Shown: one piece after another, positions 1 to 7,775 of the stretch
Numbering within the stretch: position 1 is the first letter of the stretch
Layout: each line of letters starts with the position of its first letter
Origin: Methanocellales archaeon
Lineage (GTDB): Archaea; Halobacteriota; JAWCLZ01
Direction: 5' to 3'
NCBI GenBank assembly: GCA_038850285.1
Contig: JAWCMA010000027.1
Span: forward strand, 1-15,094
DNA: 15,094 nucleotides
Position numbers and translations under genes: made by a program
Notes under the pieces: model-generated
What the model was told of the DNA's origin: nothing
Databases searched by the model: none
Seen by the model: only the letters and a program-made list of their open reading frames with translations

Positions 1-1285
1 CCTTGAAATATTTGCTAAGTAGTTTTATGGCGCAGAACTCGCCGCACATCGTGCAAACCTCGGAAGCTTTTTTGGGCATTCTCTCCATTCGAATTCTCTC
101 AATCCTCTTAGGATCTAAAGCTAATTTGAATTGCTCCGCCCATTTAAGCTCTGCTCTTGCTTTTGACATTTCAAAGTCCCATTTAGCAGCGATTTCTCTG
201 CGCTTGACTAGATCAGCGACATGTGCAGCTATTCGAGTAACGATTACCCCTTCTCTAACATCTTCAACGCTTGGCAGTGCGATGTGTTCAGCTGGAGTGA
301 CATAGCAGAGGAAATCAGCTCCAGCGATTGCTGCAATTGCCCCTCCAATTGCACCCACGATATGATCATACCCTGGGGCTACATCTGTAACTATAGGTCC
401 GAGCACGTAGAAAGGTGCATTTCTGCAAATGCTCTTCTCAAGCTTCACATTCATATCCACTTGGTCTAAAGGCAAATGCCCGGGGCCCTCGACCATCGCT
501 TGAACCCCTGCATTTTTAGCTCTCTCCACGAGCTCGCCTAGTATAAGCAGTTCTTGAACCTGAGGTCTATCGGTGGCATCATAGAGGCAGCCGGGTCTGA
601 GGCCATCTCCTAAACTAAGGGTTACATCGTATTCATGGGCGATTTCCAGTAGATAATCATAATTCTCATAGAGTGGATTCTCCCGCTCATTATGCTTGAT
701 CCAAGCCGCGAGGAAGGTACCGCCTCGGCTAACGACGCCAAGCAATCGATTCTGGCGAATAAGGCGATTTAAGCTCTCCTTTGTAACGCCGCAGTGAACA
801 GTTATAAAATCTACACCATCCCTTGCGTGCTCCTCAATTGCATGAAAAATATCATCCTCGTTCATATGAATAATAGCCCCTCGAGCGCGCTGCGCCTCAA
901 TGGCTGCTTGATAAATCGGCACAGTGCCGAAGGGAATGGGGGCGGCTTGCAGTAGAGCTCTTCTAATTTGCTTCAAATCACCTCCAGTGCTCAAATCCAT
1001 AACTGTATCAGTCCCAGCATCCATGGCTGCTTTAGCTTTAGCAATTTCAATCTCAACATCACATATCTCTGGCGAGGTGCCAATGTTTGCATTTACCTTA
1101 ACCCTCAGTCCCTCTCCAATTCCACATATCTTGACCTCCTCCTTTCTAGCTATATTCCTAGGAATCACAATGTATCCCTTTGCAACACCGCGCATAATTA
1201 CTTCTGGGGGGAGTCCTTCATTTGCAGCCACGCTTTTCATTTCCTCAGTTATATTGCCCTTTTTAGCAGCTTCAACTTGAGTCAT
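1..1285 (-). CDS. thiC: Phosphomethylpyrimidine synthase ThiC family (3' end runs off window; BzaA/B/F-type paralog not excluded)
   Basis: Absent from the ORF track because the stop lies outside the window. Manual translation from ATG at 1285: MTQVEAAKKGNITEEM...KVNANIGTS...DTVMDLSTGG...GTVPIYQA...VSRGG...LSLGDGLRPG...MVEGPGH...APFYVLGP...PGYDHI...LCYVTPAEH...CTMCGEFC (C-terminal Fe-S Cys motif). 428 codons with no stop. SD GGAGG at 1291-1295. Confidence 0.93.
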   Translation of the reverse strand, partial: MTQVEAAKKGNITEEMKSVAANEGLPPEVIMRGVAKGYIVIPRNIARKEEVKICGIGEGLRVKVNANIGTSPEICDVEIEIAKAKAAMDAGTDTVMDLSTGGDLKQIRRALLQAAPIPFGTVPIYQAAIEAQRARGAIIHMNEDDIFHAIEEHARDGVDFITVHCGVTKESLNRLIRQNRLLGVVSRGGTFLAAWIKHNERENPLYENYDYLLEIAHEYDVTLSLGDGLRPGCLYDATDRPQVQELLILGELVERAKNAGVQAMVEGPGHLPLDQVDMNVKLEKSICRNAPFYVLGPIVTDVAPGYDHIVGAIGGAIAAIAGADFLCYVTPAEHIALPSVEDVREGVIVTRIAAHVADLVKRREIAAKWDFEMSKARAELKWAEQFKLALDPKRIERIRMERMPKKASEVCTMCGEFCAIKLLSKYFK

Positions 1286-1314
1286 CGCTTCCTCCCTGAA
1301 GGCTTATTTAGTAT

Positions 1315-1370
1315 ACATATTTATGTCGATTGTCGATTTAATACTTTAATACTTTAATACTAATATATTA
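1315..1370. promoter_or_regulatory. Divergent promoter region thiC / radical SAM gene with palindromes and tandem repeats
   Basis: 88-bp AT-rich gap containing inverted repeat ACATA-TT-TATGT (1315-1326), TGTCGAT x2 (1324-1337), TTTAATAC x3 (1337-1360) and palindrome TAATATATTA (1361-1370). A TATA-like TTTAATA lies about 25 nt before the ATG at 1374. Confidence 0.5.
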
Positions 1371-1373
1371 TTA

Positions 1374-2378
1374 ATGTACAGGGAACTTGAGAAATGCAAG
1401 CTCTGCGAGTGGAAATGCAATGTGAATAGACTTCAGGGCGAACTTGGAGTATGCCGCATGAGTCTTCCAATGGTTGCTTCTTGCCAGCTTCATCCAGCGC
1501 CGCCTCAAAGTTATACAATTTTCACAGCTGGATGCAATTTCCGCTGCCTCAACTGCCAGAATTATCAAATTGCTCATTACCCGGATCAAAAAAGCTTTCC
1601 AGTTGGATATATACAGCCTAAAATGATCGCTAATGAAGCACTTGCTATGATTAACTCCCCAGCGGGTAGGATGATCAGAGCGGATCGAATTTTCTTCTCA
1701 GGAGGTGAGCCAGCGATTCATTTGCCATATATAGAGGAAATCGTGAGGGAAGCTAGAGAAATAGATCCCAGTGCAAAGGTTAACTTCGATACCAATGGCT
1801 TCCTCACCCAGCAATCACTTAGGAGAATGCTGGAATTCACAACTTCTATCACCTATGATATCAAGGCTTATAATGAAGAGGTTCATAGAGCGCTCACTGG
1901 AGCACCAGCTGAACCGGTGCTGAGAAATGCGGAATACCTCGCTAAATATGCTAAAGCCAAGCTATGGGAATTTCGCATCCTAGTTATTCCAGAAATTGTA
2001 GATAGAGAGGAAATCAGCGATATATGCCAATTCATAGCCTCACTCGATGTTGATCTCCCCGTTTGCTTCCTAGCCTTCAGACCGAATTTCATTTTGGATA
2101 AACATAAAGGTGCCTCGCTTGAACTGCTTGAAGCTGCTGTGGAAATAGCTCAGAAATTTGGCATTGAAAATGCATACTGGGCAGGGAGAAGCGATATTCA
2201 AGGTTACAATACAAGCTTCATTAAAGAGCAAAAACAAATTTATAAACTTTCAGGAGCGAGAATCGCTGGATCATTTGCTTTTCACCACGGGTGCCAAAAC
2301 CATCCTAGAAATTGTGGAGGATGCAGTTATAAGCACACTTGCAGCCTAAAAAGTTATAAACCAATTAGAAGAATGTAA
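1374..2378 (+). CDS. Radical SAM protein, PflX / PFL-activating-enzyme-like, with extra N- and C-terminal Cys clusters
   Basis: CxxxCxxC motif CNFRCLNC, GGEP motif (FSGGEP), DTNG, YDIKAY. N-terminal CKLCEWKC...GVC as in PflX/AmmeMemoRadiSam-like proteins. C-terminal CQNHPRNCGGCSYKHTC. No SD, so probably leaderless. Confidence 0.88.
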   Translation: MYRELEKCKLCEWKCNVNRLQGELGVCRMSLPMVASCQLHPAPPQSYTIFTAGCNFRCLNCQNYQIAHYPDQKSFPVGYIQPKMIANEALAMINSPAGRMIRADRIFFSGGEPAIHLPYIEEIVREAREIDPSAKVNFDTNGFLTQQSLRRMLEFTTSITYDIKAYNEEVHRALTGAPAEPVLRNAEYLAKYAKAKLWEFRILVIPEIVDREEISDICQFIASLDVDLPVCFLAFRPNFILDKHKGASLELLEAAVEIAQKFGIENAYWAGRSDIQGYNTSFIKEQKQIYKLSGARIAGSFAFHHGCQNHPRNCGGCSYKHTCSLKSYKPIRRM

Positions 2379-2392
2379 ATGCAGTGAGCTAT

Positions 2393-2788
2393 ATGACACT
2401 TGAAGCTGGATTGACTTTTGAAAAGAGCTACGTGGTTACCTCAGAGATGCTAGCGTCGAGGCTTGTCCCAGGTACTCCTGATGCATTTGCAACTCCCTTC
2501 ATGGTTGCACTCATCGAGCACACTTGCAACGATGCTGTTCAGCCTCATTTAAATGAGGGACAGGGAACAGTTGGCACTGTGATGAACGCTAAGCACTTCG
2601 CCCCCACCCCTGTAGGTATGAGGGTTACAGCTAGAGCTAGGTTGGAGGCAGTTGAAGGGAGAAAGTTGGTATTCAAAGTTGAGGTTTTCGATGAAGCTGA
2701 GAAAATAGGTGAAGCTCTGCATGAGCGCTTCATCATAGATAAAGTGAAGTTCGCTGCTAAAATTCAAGGGAAAGCAAGGAAGGTCTAG
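2393..2788 (+). CDS. Hotdog-fold thioesterase, fluoroacetyl-CoA thioesterase (FlK)-like
   Basis: [24 protein letters not shown] and [10 protein letters not shown] match the FlK family with the Thr/Glu/His triad retained. ATG 2393 preferred over the GTG 2384 in the ORF track. Confidence 0.85.
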   Translation: MTLEAGLTFEKSYVVTSEMLASRLVPGTPDAFATPFMVALIEHTCNDAVQPHLNEGQGTVGTVMNAKHFAPTPVGMRVTARARLEAVEGRKLVFKVEVFDEAEKIGEALHERFIIDKVKFAAKIQGKARKV

Positions 2789-2802
2789 TGCTTGGTGATA
2801 CC

Positions 2803-4068
2803 ATGCAGGCTAAAACAATTTCAGAAAAGATCTTCTCAAGGGCAAGTGGCAAGCAAGTGAGAGCAGGGGAATTTGTGCTTGCGGAAGTGGATAAAGCAAT
2901 GATACATGATATAACAGGGCCGCTTGCAGTTAAAGGCTTCTATGAAATCGCAGGGAAAGGTGGGAAGGTATGGGATGCAAGCAAGGTTATCGTTTTATTT
3001 GACCATCAAGTTCCAGCTGATTCACTTGAAGCAGCGAGGAATCATATATTACTTAGAAAATTTGCTCTCGAGCAAGGTATTCTTAACTATGATATATTCG
3101 AGGGCATATGCCACGCTGTAATGCCTGAAAAGGGACACGTTAAACCAGGTGAATTGATAGTGGGAGCTGATTCCCACACTTGCACCTATGGAGCTCTAGG
3201 CGCATTCGCGACAGGAATTGGCTCAACTGATATGGCAGCTGTGCTCGCAAGCGGCAAGCTCTGGTTCAAAGTTCCTGAGACCATTAAATTGGAGATAAAT
3301 GGCAAGCTTCCTAATCGCGTTTATTCCAAGGATATAATCCTGCATATAATCGGGGATATAGGTGGAGATGGAGCTAATTATAAAGCCTGCGAGTTCACTG
3401 GCTCAGCGATTAAAAACCTATCCATAGCTAGCAGATTGACCATAGCAAATATGGCGATTGAAATGGGGGCTAAAGCTGGGATAATTGAAGCAGATCGCAA
3501 AACTGAGCAATATCTACGCAGGAGAATCCCTGACTTAAAACTTGAAAATATTTTAAGGAGCGATAGAAATGCGAGCTACATTGAAGTGCGCAGGTATGAT
3601 ATCTCTAATTTAGAACCTCAAATCTCTTGTCCAAATAGCGTGGATAATGTTAAATCAGTTAAAGAAGTGGAAGGGATAAAAATCGATCAAATTTTCCTTG
3701 GCTCCTGCACCAACGGTAGATTTGAGGATTTAAAGATAGCTGCTGAAATAATGCGTGGGGAGAAAATTGCAAAGGGAGTTAGGATGATAGTGATCCCTGC
3801 ATCGAGAGAGGATTATATAAACGCTGAGAAAGCTGGGATTTTAAGGAAGCTATACAGTGCAGGAGCAATTATTGAATCACCCTGCTGCGGTCCCTGCATG
3901 GGGGGCTCATTTGGATTACTAGGCGAAGGAGAGGTTTGCCTCTCCACTTCAAATCGAAACTTCAAAGGGAGGCAGGGAAGCCCTGAAGCGCAGATCTATC
4001 TCTGCTCCCCAGCAACGGCAGCGGCCTCTGCAGTTAAAGGCGTAATAACCGATCCTAGGAGGGTTTAA
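2803..4068 (+). CDS. leuC: 3-isopropylmalate/citramalate isomerase (LeuC/HacA family) large subunit
   Basis: [59 protein letters not shown] (aconitase-family Fe-S ligands). ATG 2803 has SD GGTGA at 2794-2798. Confidence 0.9.
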   Translation: MQAKTISEKIFSRASGKQVRAGEFVLAEVDKAMIHDITGPLAVKGFYEIAGKGGKVWDASKVIVLFDHQVPADSLEAARNHILLRKFALEQGILNYDIFEGICHAVMPEKGHVKPGELIVGADSHTCTYGALGAFATGIGSTDMAAVLASGKLWFKVPETIKLEINGKLPNRVYSKDIILHIIGDIGGDGANYKACEFTGSAIKNLSIASRLTIANMAIEMGAKAGIIEADRKTEQYLRRRIPDLKLENILRSDRNASYIEVRRYDISNLEPQISCPNSVDNVKSVKEVEGIKIDQIFLGSCTNGRFEDLKIAAEIMRGEKIAKGVRMIVIPASREDYINAEKAGILRKLYSAGAIIESPCCGPCMGGSFGLLGEGEVCLSTSNRNFKGRQGSPEAQIYLCSPATAAASAVKGVITDPRRV

Positions 4069-4069
4069 C

Positions 4070-4576
4070 TTGCAATTGCTGGGAGGTAAAGGTAGAAGTT
4101 GGAGGTTTGGAAACAATGTTGATACCGATGCTATAATTTCAGGTAGATATCTTATACTAAATGACCCTGTGGAGCTCGCTAAGCACGCATTTGAGGGAAT
4201 AAGACCTGAGTTTGCAAGTAGCGTGAAAGAGGGAGATATAATCGTTGCAGGAGAAAACTTTGGATGCGGTTCTTCCAGGGAACACGCGCCGCTTGCGCTG
4301 AAGGGTGCTGGGATAAAATGTGTGATTGCAAAATCTTTTGCTCGAATTTTTTTCAGAAATGCAATAAACATAGGCTTGCCAGTGTTGGAATGCAGGGAAG
4401 TGGATAAGATTAGCGATGGCGATTTACTTGAAGTGCACTTCAACTCAGGGTTAATTGTGAATAAAACCAAGAATGAAACATATACCACAGCTCCATTACC
4501 TGAGTTCCTGCAGGAAATAATGAGGAAGGGAGGCTTGATTGAGTTTACAAAAGCGCTGCTGAGGAAAGAGGTTTAG
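4070..4576 (+). CDS. leuD: 3-isopropylmalate/citramalate isomerase (LeuD/HacB family) small subunit
   Basis: [41 protein letters not shown]. The substrate loop reads YLIL (hydrophobic), not the YLRT of methanogen homoaconitase. TTG start 1 nt after the leuC stop. Confidence 0.88.
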   Translation: MQLLGGKGRSWRFGNNVDTDAIISGRYLILNDPVELAKHAFEGIRPEFASSVKEGDIIVAGENFGCGSSREHAPLALKGAGIKCVIAKSFARIFFRNAINIGLPVLECREVDKISDGDLLEVHFNSGLIVNKTKNETYTTAPLPEFLQEIMRKGGLIEFTKALLRKEV

Positions 4577-5127
4577 CTTAGATAGAGCGGTTTACCGTGG
4601 CCAGGATATACCACTGCTATCTCCAGTTTGGAAAGCTTATCCACCGATTGCTTTAGCTGCTCCATAGCAATCTCCCTCTTCATATGTCTATCCACAACAC
4701 TTGGCAGAAATTCAATTGGCGTATCGCCTGAGAATAGCCATTTATGATTTTTTTCATAAAAACAAATGCTACCTGGACTATGACCTGGAGTGTGGATCGC
4801 CTTAAATATATATTCCCCAAATTTAATTTCATCTCCATCTTGCAATAACTCAACTCTAGCTTTTGAAAATCTATTATCCCTATCCAGCTGGTGCACTTTA
4901 ACCACTGCTTCAGGGAAGAACTGCATTCCTCCCGAGTGATCGTGATCGTTATGGGTAAGTAGAATTTGCTCAACTTTAGCTATACCAAGTGCTTTTAAAG
5001 CATTTCTAAGTCTCTCGCTTCTATACCCGCTGCCTGCATCTATCAGCAGAGCTCGATCTCCAACCTTTAATATATAAATATTTGAATCATAATCATATTG
5101 CTCGCTGAAGAGTATATATAGAGTCAT
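4573..5127 (-). CDS. Metallo-beta-lactamase-fold hydrolase (glyoxalase II-like)
   Basis: [35 protein letters not shown] motifs. SD GAGGT upstream of ATG 5127. Confidence 0.88.
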   Translation of the reverse strand: MTLYILFSEQYDYDSNIYILKVGDRALLIDAGSGYRSERLRNALKALGIAKVEQILLTHNDHDHSGGMQFFPEAVVKVHQLDRDNRFSKARVELLQDGDEIKFGEYIFKAIHTPGHSPGSICFYEKNHKWLFSGDTPIEFLPSVVDRHMKREIAMEQLKQSVDKLSKLEIAVVYPGHGKPLYLS

Positions 5128-5137
5128 AGCCTACCTC

Positions 5138-5917
5138 TTAAATGTATCTTGAAAGCTTAGGTAGCTCAGGGTCAAGCTTTTGAGCTGCTCTTATGAATTC
5201 AGTTCCATAGAGCCAAGCGAATCCCATGAAAATACCAGTGAGATATTTGCTTGCCGCGGCTTCATCCACTAGAACATCGACATCTCCAGAGTTCTTAAGA
5301 GCATAGACAATGCGAAGATCAAAAAGGGGGGAAACCTTTATTCTCCAGTTCTCGTTTGCATTTCCAGAGAATTCTGCGTTTACCTCCCTCGCAGCTTTTT
5401 CAGCGATTTCACTTTTAATATACTTCATCAAGAACTCCCTCTCGCCAATGAAATACTTCGCAAATGCCTCTCCCCTTTGTTTCTCGAGTTCATAAACCGA
5501 GACTAGTCTTGCACTTGTACTTTCCGATTTAGAAAGTAGATATTCCTTAAATCGAAAGAGCACAGATAAATAGCATTGAGTGAAAACCGCTGCCTCTTCG
5601 GTGGGAATTTCATCCCTAGCTTCCCTCCCGAAGAAGAAATAAAGATTTTTGCCAAATTCTTCATTTTCATCGAAGAGAAACACTATACGCAGCTTCCTAA
5701 TGGGATTTAAAAATATAGTCCATCTTACTGTTGGATAAATCCTCTCCCCTATGAACTCGCCATTCATCTTAACCGCTATTTCCCTCGCTAAGTTAGCATC
5801 TATGCTTTCGATTTTAGTTCGATACTTCCGCTTCACCTCCGAGGCCAATCTATTATGCCAGCCAAAGCCGCCTTGAAATTGCTTTAGAGTTATGAACTCT
5901 GCTGGATGTAACTTCAT
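5138..5917 (-). CDS. Hypothetical protein with two homologous halves, DUF3786-like
   Basis: Long ORF ending 10 nt before the MBL gene. FITLKQFQGG and LRIVFLFDENEEFG resemble DUF3786 as I recall it (not searched). ATG 5917 preferred; TTG 5926 is the alternative. Confidence 0.65.
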   Translation of the reverse strand: MKLHPAEFITLKQFQGGFGWHNRLASEVKRKYRTKIESIDANLAREIAVKMNGEFIGERIYPTVRWTIFLNPIRKLRIVFLFDENEEFGKNLYFFFGREARDEIPTEEAAVFTQCYLSVLFRFKEYLLSKSESTSARLVSVYELEKQRGEAFAKYFIGEREFLMKYIKSEIAEKAAREVNAEFSGNANENWRIKVSPLFDLRIVYALKNSGDVDVLVDEAAASKYLTGIFMGFAWLYGTEFIRAAQKLDPELPKLSRYI

Positions 5918-5953
5918 TTCTAGCAAATTTTGTTATTCAACAATAAAGGCTTT

Positions 5954-6005
5954 ATGGAGCAGTGAGCAGTAGAATGGAGCAGTGAGCAGTAAGCAGCAAG
6001 CAGCA
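5954..6005. repeat. Heptamer tandem array AGCAG(T/C)(G/A) x6, including an 18-bp direct repeat
   Basis: AGCAGTG AGCAGTA gaatgg AGCAGTG AGCAGTA AGCAGCA AGCAGCA. ATGGAGCAGTGAGCAGTA occurs at 5954-5971 and 5974-5991. Confidence 0.9.
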
Positions 6006-6017
6006 AAGCTATATAAA
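6001..6017 (+). promoter_or_regulatory. Putative BRE/TATA promoter of the rpl15e-exosome superoperon
   Basis: CAGCAAAGC followed by TATATAAA (6010-6017). This predicts a TSS near 6040, just ahead of the structured leader. Confidence 0.65.
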
Positions 6018-6043
6018 TAAGGATTACATATTTAGCTCGAATC

Positions 6044-6118
6044 AGAGGCGGGAAATCCCGTTGGGATGTAGTGCAATAGCACTGAACCGTGAAACCATGA
6101 AGCAAAGGGCTGAAGAAT
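6044..6118 (+). ncRNA. Candidate cis-regulatory ribosomal protein leader (eL15 leader-like) in the 5' UTR of rpl15e
   Basis: GC-richer UTR with hairpin GGCGGG-AAAT-CCCGTT (6047-6062) and hairpin AGTGC-AATA-GCACT (6070-6083), the latter flanked by GGGATGT/GAACC. Lies between the TATA box and the start codon. Confidence 0.55.
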
Positions 6119-6703
6119 ATGAAATCAATGTATGCATATATAGGAAAGGCGTGGCAGGATAAAGATTCCTACGTTGGAGAGCTAATGTGGGAGCGGCTTC
6201 AACAGTGGAGAAAAGAGCCCGCTGTGGTGAGAGTTGAAAAGCCAACGAGGCTTGATCGAGCTAGAGCGCTTGGATACAAGGCCAAGCAGGGCTTCGTGAT
6301 TGCAAGAGTAGCGGTTCGCAGAGGTGGGAGGCGCAAGCCTAGGTATGTTAGAGGTAGGAAAACACCAGGTATGGGTGTAAGGGGAATAACACCAGGTAAG
6401 AGCCTGCAGAGGATCGCTGAGGAGAGAGCAGCTCGCAAGTTCCCGAATCTCGAGGTTTTGAATTCATACTGGGTTGGCGAGGATGGGAAGAAGAAGTGGT
6501 TTGAGGTCATATTAGTTGACCCTCATCACCCAGTTATAAAAAGTGATCCAAATATAAATTGGATCTGCAATCCAAATAAAAGAGGACGTGCATTCAGAGG
6601 CTTAACCAGTGCGGGCAAAAAAGGCCGGGGATTGAGGAGCAAGGGAGAAGGTACTGAAAAAACACGTCCAAGCATAAGCGCGCATGAGGGTAGGGGCAAG
6701 TGA
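6119..6703 (+). CDS. rpl15e: 50S ribosomal protein L15e (eL15)
   Basis: [67 protein letters not shown]. Confidence 0.98.
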   Translation: MKSMYAYIGKAWQDKDSYVGELMWERLQQWRKEPAVVRVEKPTRLDRARALGYKAKQGFVIARVAVRRGGRRKPRYVRGRKTPGMGVRGITPGKSLQRIAEERAARKFPNLEVLNSYWVGEDGKKKWFEVILVDPHHPVIKSDPNINWICNPNKRGRAFRGLTSAGKKGRGLRSKGEGTEKTRPSISAHEGRGK

Positions 6704-7125
6704 TCGTTAGCATAAGCCTCCGCGGAATAGCGCATGCAACTGAGGATATTGAAAAAGTTAAGAGAGCAATTCAAAACTTGGCACGGGGTGAATTAGCTTT
6801 AAAAGAAATCCAGATGCAGGGGCACTTTGGAAATCCAATTGTAGTGCTGTATTCGAGCATAGAGGGCAAAAAAGCCTGCGAGCAATTTTTTAAAAACTTA
6901 AAAGCAAGGCTATCCTCCGAGGATTATCAGCGCTTGAAAAAAGAGCTCCCTCATAGGGTTGATAGCGACTGCTATTTATACTTAAGATTTGATAAACAAG
7001 CCTTATTTGAAAATCAAATCGAGCTAGCGTGCGGCGAGGATGCGGTAGCGCTAAAGGCCAAGGTCAAAGTTTATCCAGCGAAGTATGAAAGTGCTTTAGA
7101 AGTGGTAAGAGGAATTTTTTCATGA
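6700..7125 (+). CDS. Predicted RNA-binding protein, COG1325/DUF54 (exosome superoperon member)
   Basis: [24 protein letters not shown] motifs. Canonical position between rpl15e and rnp3. GTGA overlap with rpl15e. Confidence 0.88.
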   Translation: MIVSISLRGIAHATEDIEKVKRAIQNLARGELALKEIQMQGHFGNPIVVLYSSIEGKKACEQFFKNLKARLSSEDYQRLKKELPHRVDSDCYLYLRFDKQALFENQIELACGEDAVALKAKVKVYPAKYESALEVVRGIFS

Positions 7126-7775
7126 CTGCTTTCTATGACTTGAATGTGCATGCACTTCCAGAATGCGCAGATAGTCCGAGAAGGCTCTGGTTAAAGGCAA
7201 AGCAATTTGGCTACAATGGAATAGTAATAGCAAATCACTCTGATTTCTATGAGCAATTTCCTAGAGAAGAAGGAATTCTACTGGGAGTTGAAATTAAAGC
7301 AAGCATTGAAAGGGAATTGCTAAGTAAAATAGCAGCTTTTAGACCTAAAGTGGATGTACTTTTAGTCCATGCCTCCACCGAGGAAATTAATCGCATTGCT
7401 CTGGGAGATTCAAGAGTGGATATACTCGCTCATCCAGAGCAAGCCAAGGGGGGAATAAACCACGTGCTTGCGAAAATCGCCAGTGAAAATCAAGTAGCTC
7501 TTGAATTCAATCTCAATGCACTTATTCACGCGAGAGGGGGCATGCGATCAAGGCTTCTTTCAAACTTGAAAAAAAACTTTGAGCTTGCTAAAAAATTTGA
7601 AGCACCCATCGTTTTAACCAGCGGAGCTAGGTCGCACTATGATTTAAGAGCACCTAGAGAAATGGCTGCTCTCGCTGGGCTTTTTGGAATGAGCAGAGCC
7701 GAAGCTTTTCAAAGTTTAAGCCAGGTTCCAGAGAGAATTTTGAGGAGAAGTGCGAGGATAGAGGTGATTGAATGA
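7122..7775 (+). CDS. rnp3: Ribonuclease P protein component 3 (Rpp30)
   Basis: FYDLNVH, RVDILAHP, INHVLAK, TSGARSHYDLRAPRE, plus synteny. Confidence 0.93.
   Translation: MTAFYDLNVHALPECADSPRRLWLKAKQFGYNGIVIANHSDFYEQFPREEGILLGVEIKASIERELLSKIAAFRPKVDVLLVHASTEEINRIALGDSRVDILAHPEQAKGGINHVLAKIASENQVALEFNLNALIHARGGMRSRLLSNLKKNFELAKKFEAPIVLTSGARSHYDLRAPREMAALAGLFGMSRAEAFQSLSQVPERILRRSARIEVIE

Noticed and set aside
3-1357. Plus-strand ORFs 3-305, 221-469, 924-1280, 968-1357
   Set aside because: Antisense shadows of thiC, which occupies the minus strand with all family motifs.
1286-1373. TPP riboswitch upstream of thiC
   Set aside because: Gap is 88 bp, very AT-rich, and lacks the conserved CUGAGA and pairing elements.
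2786-2860. Pyrrolysine readthrough of the thioesterase TAG
   Set aside because: The FlK domain is already complete, and readthrough gives a short meaningless extension out of frame with leuC.
5954-6005. Mini-CRISPR array
   Set aside because: Repeats are 7-18 bp with 0-6 bp between them, no unique spacers and no cas genes.
6044-6118. tRNA or rRNA fragment
   Set aside because: No cloverleaf, TTCGA T-loop or acceptor stem; rRNA similarity is limited to a short loose motif.
5920-6245. Minus-strand ORFs 5920-6105 and 6042-6245
   Set aside because: They cross the repeat array, promoter and rpl15e start, with no recognisable protein features.
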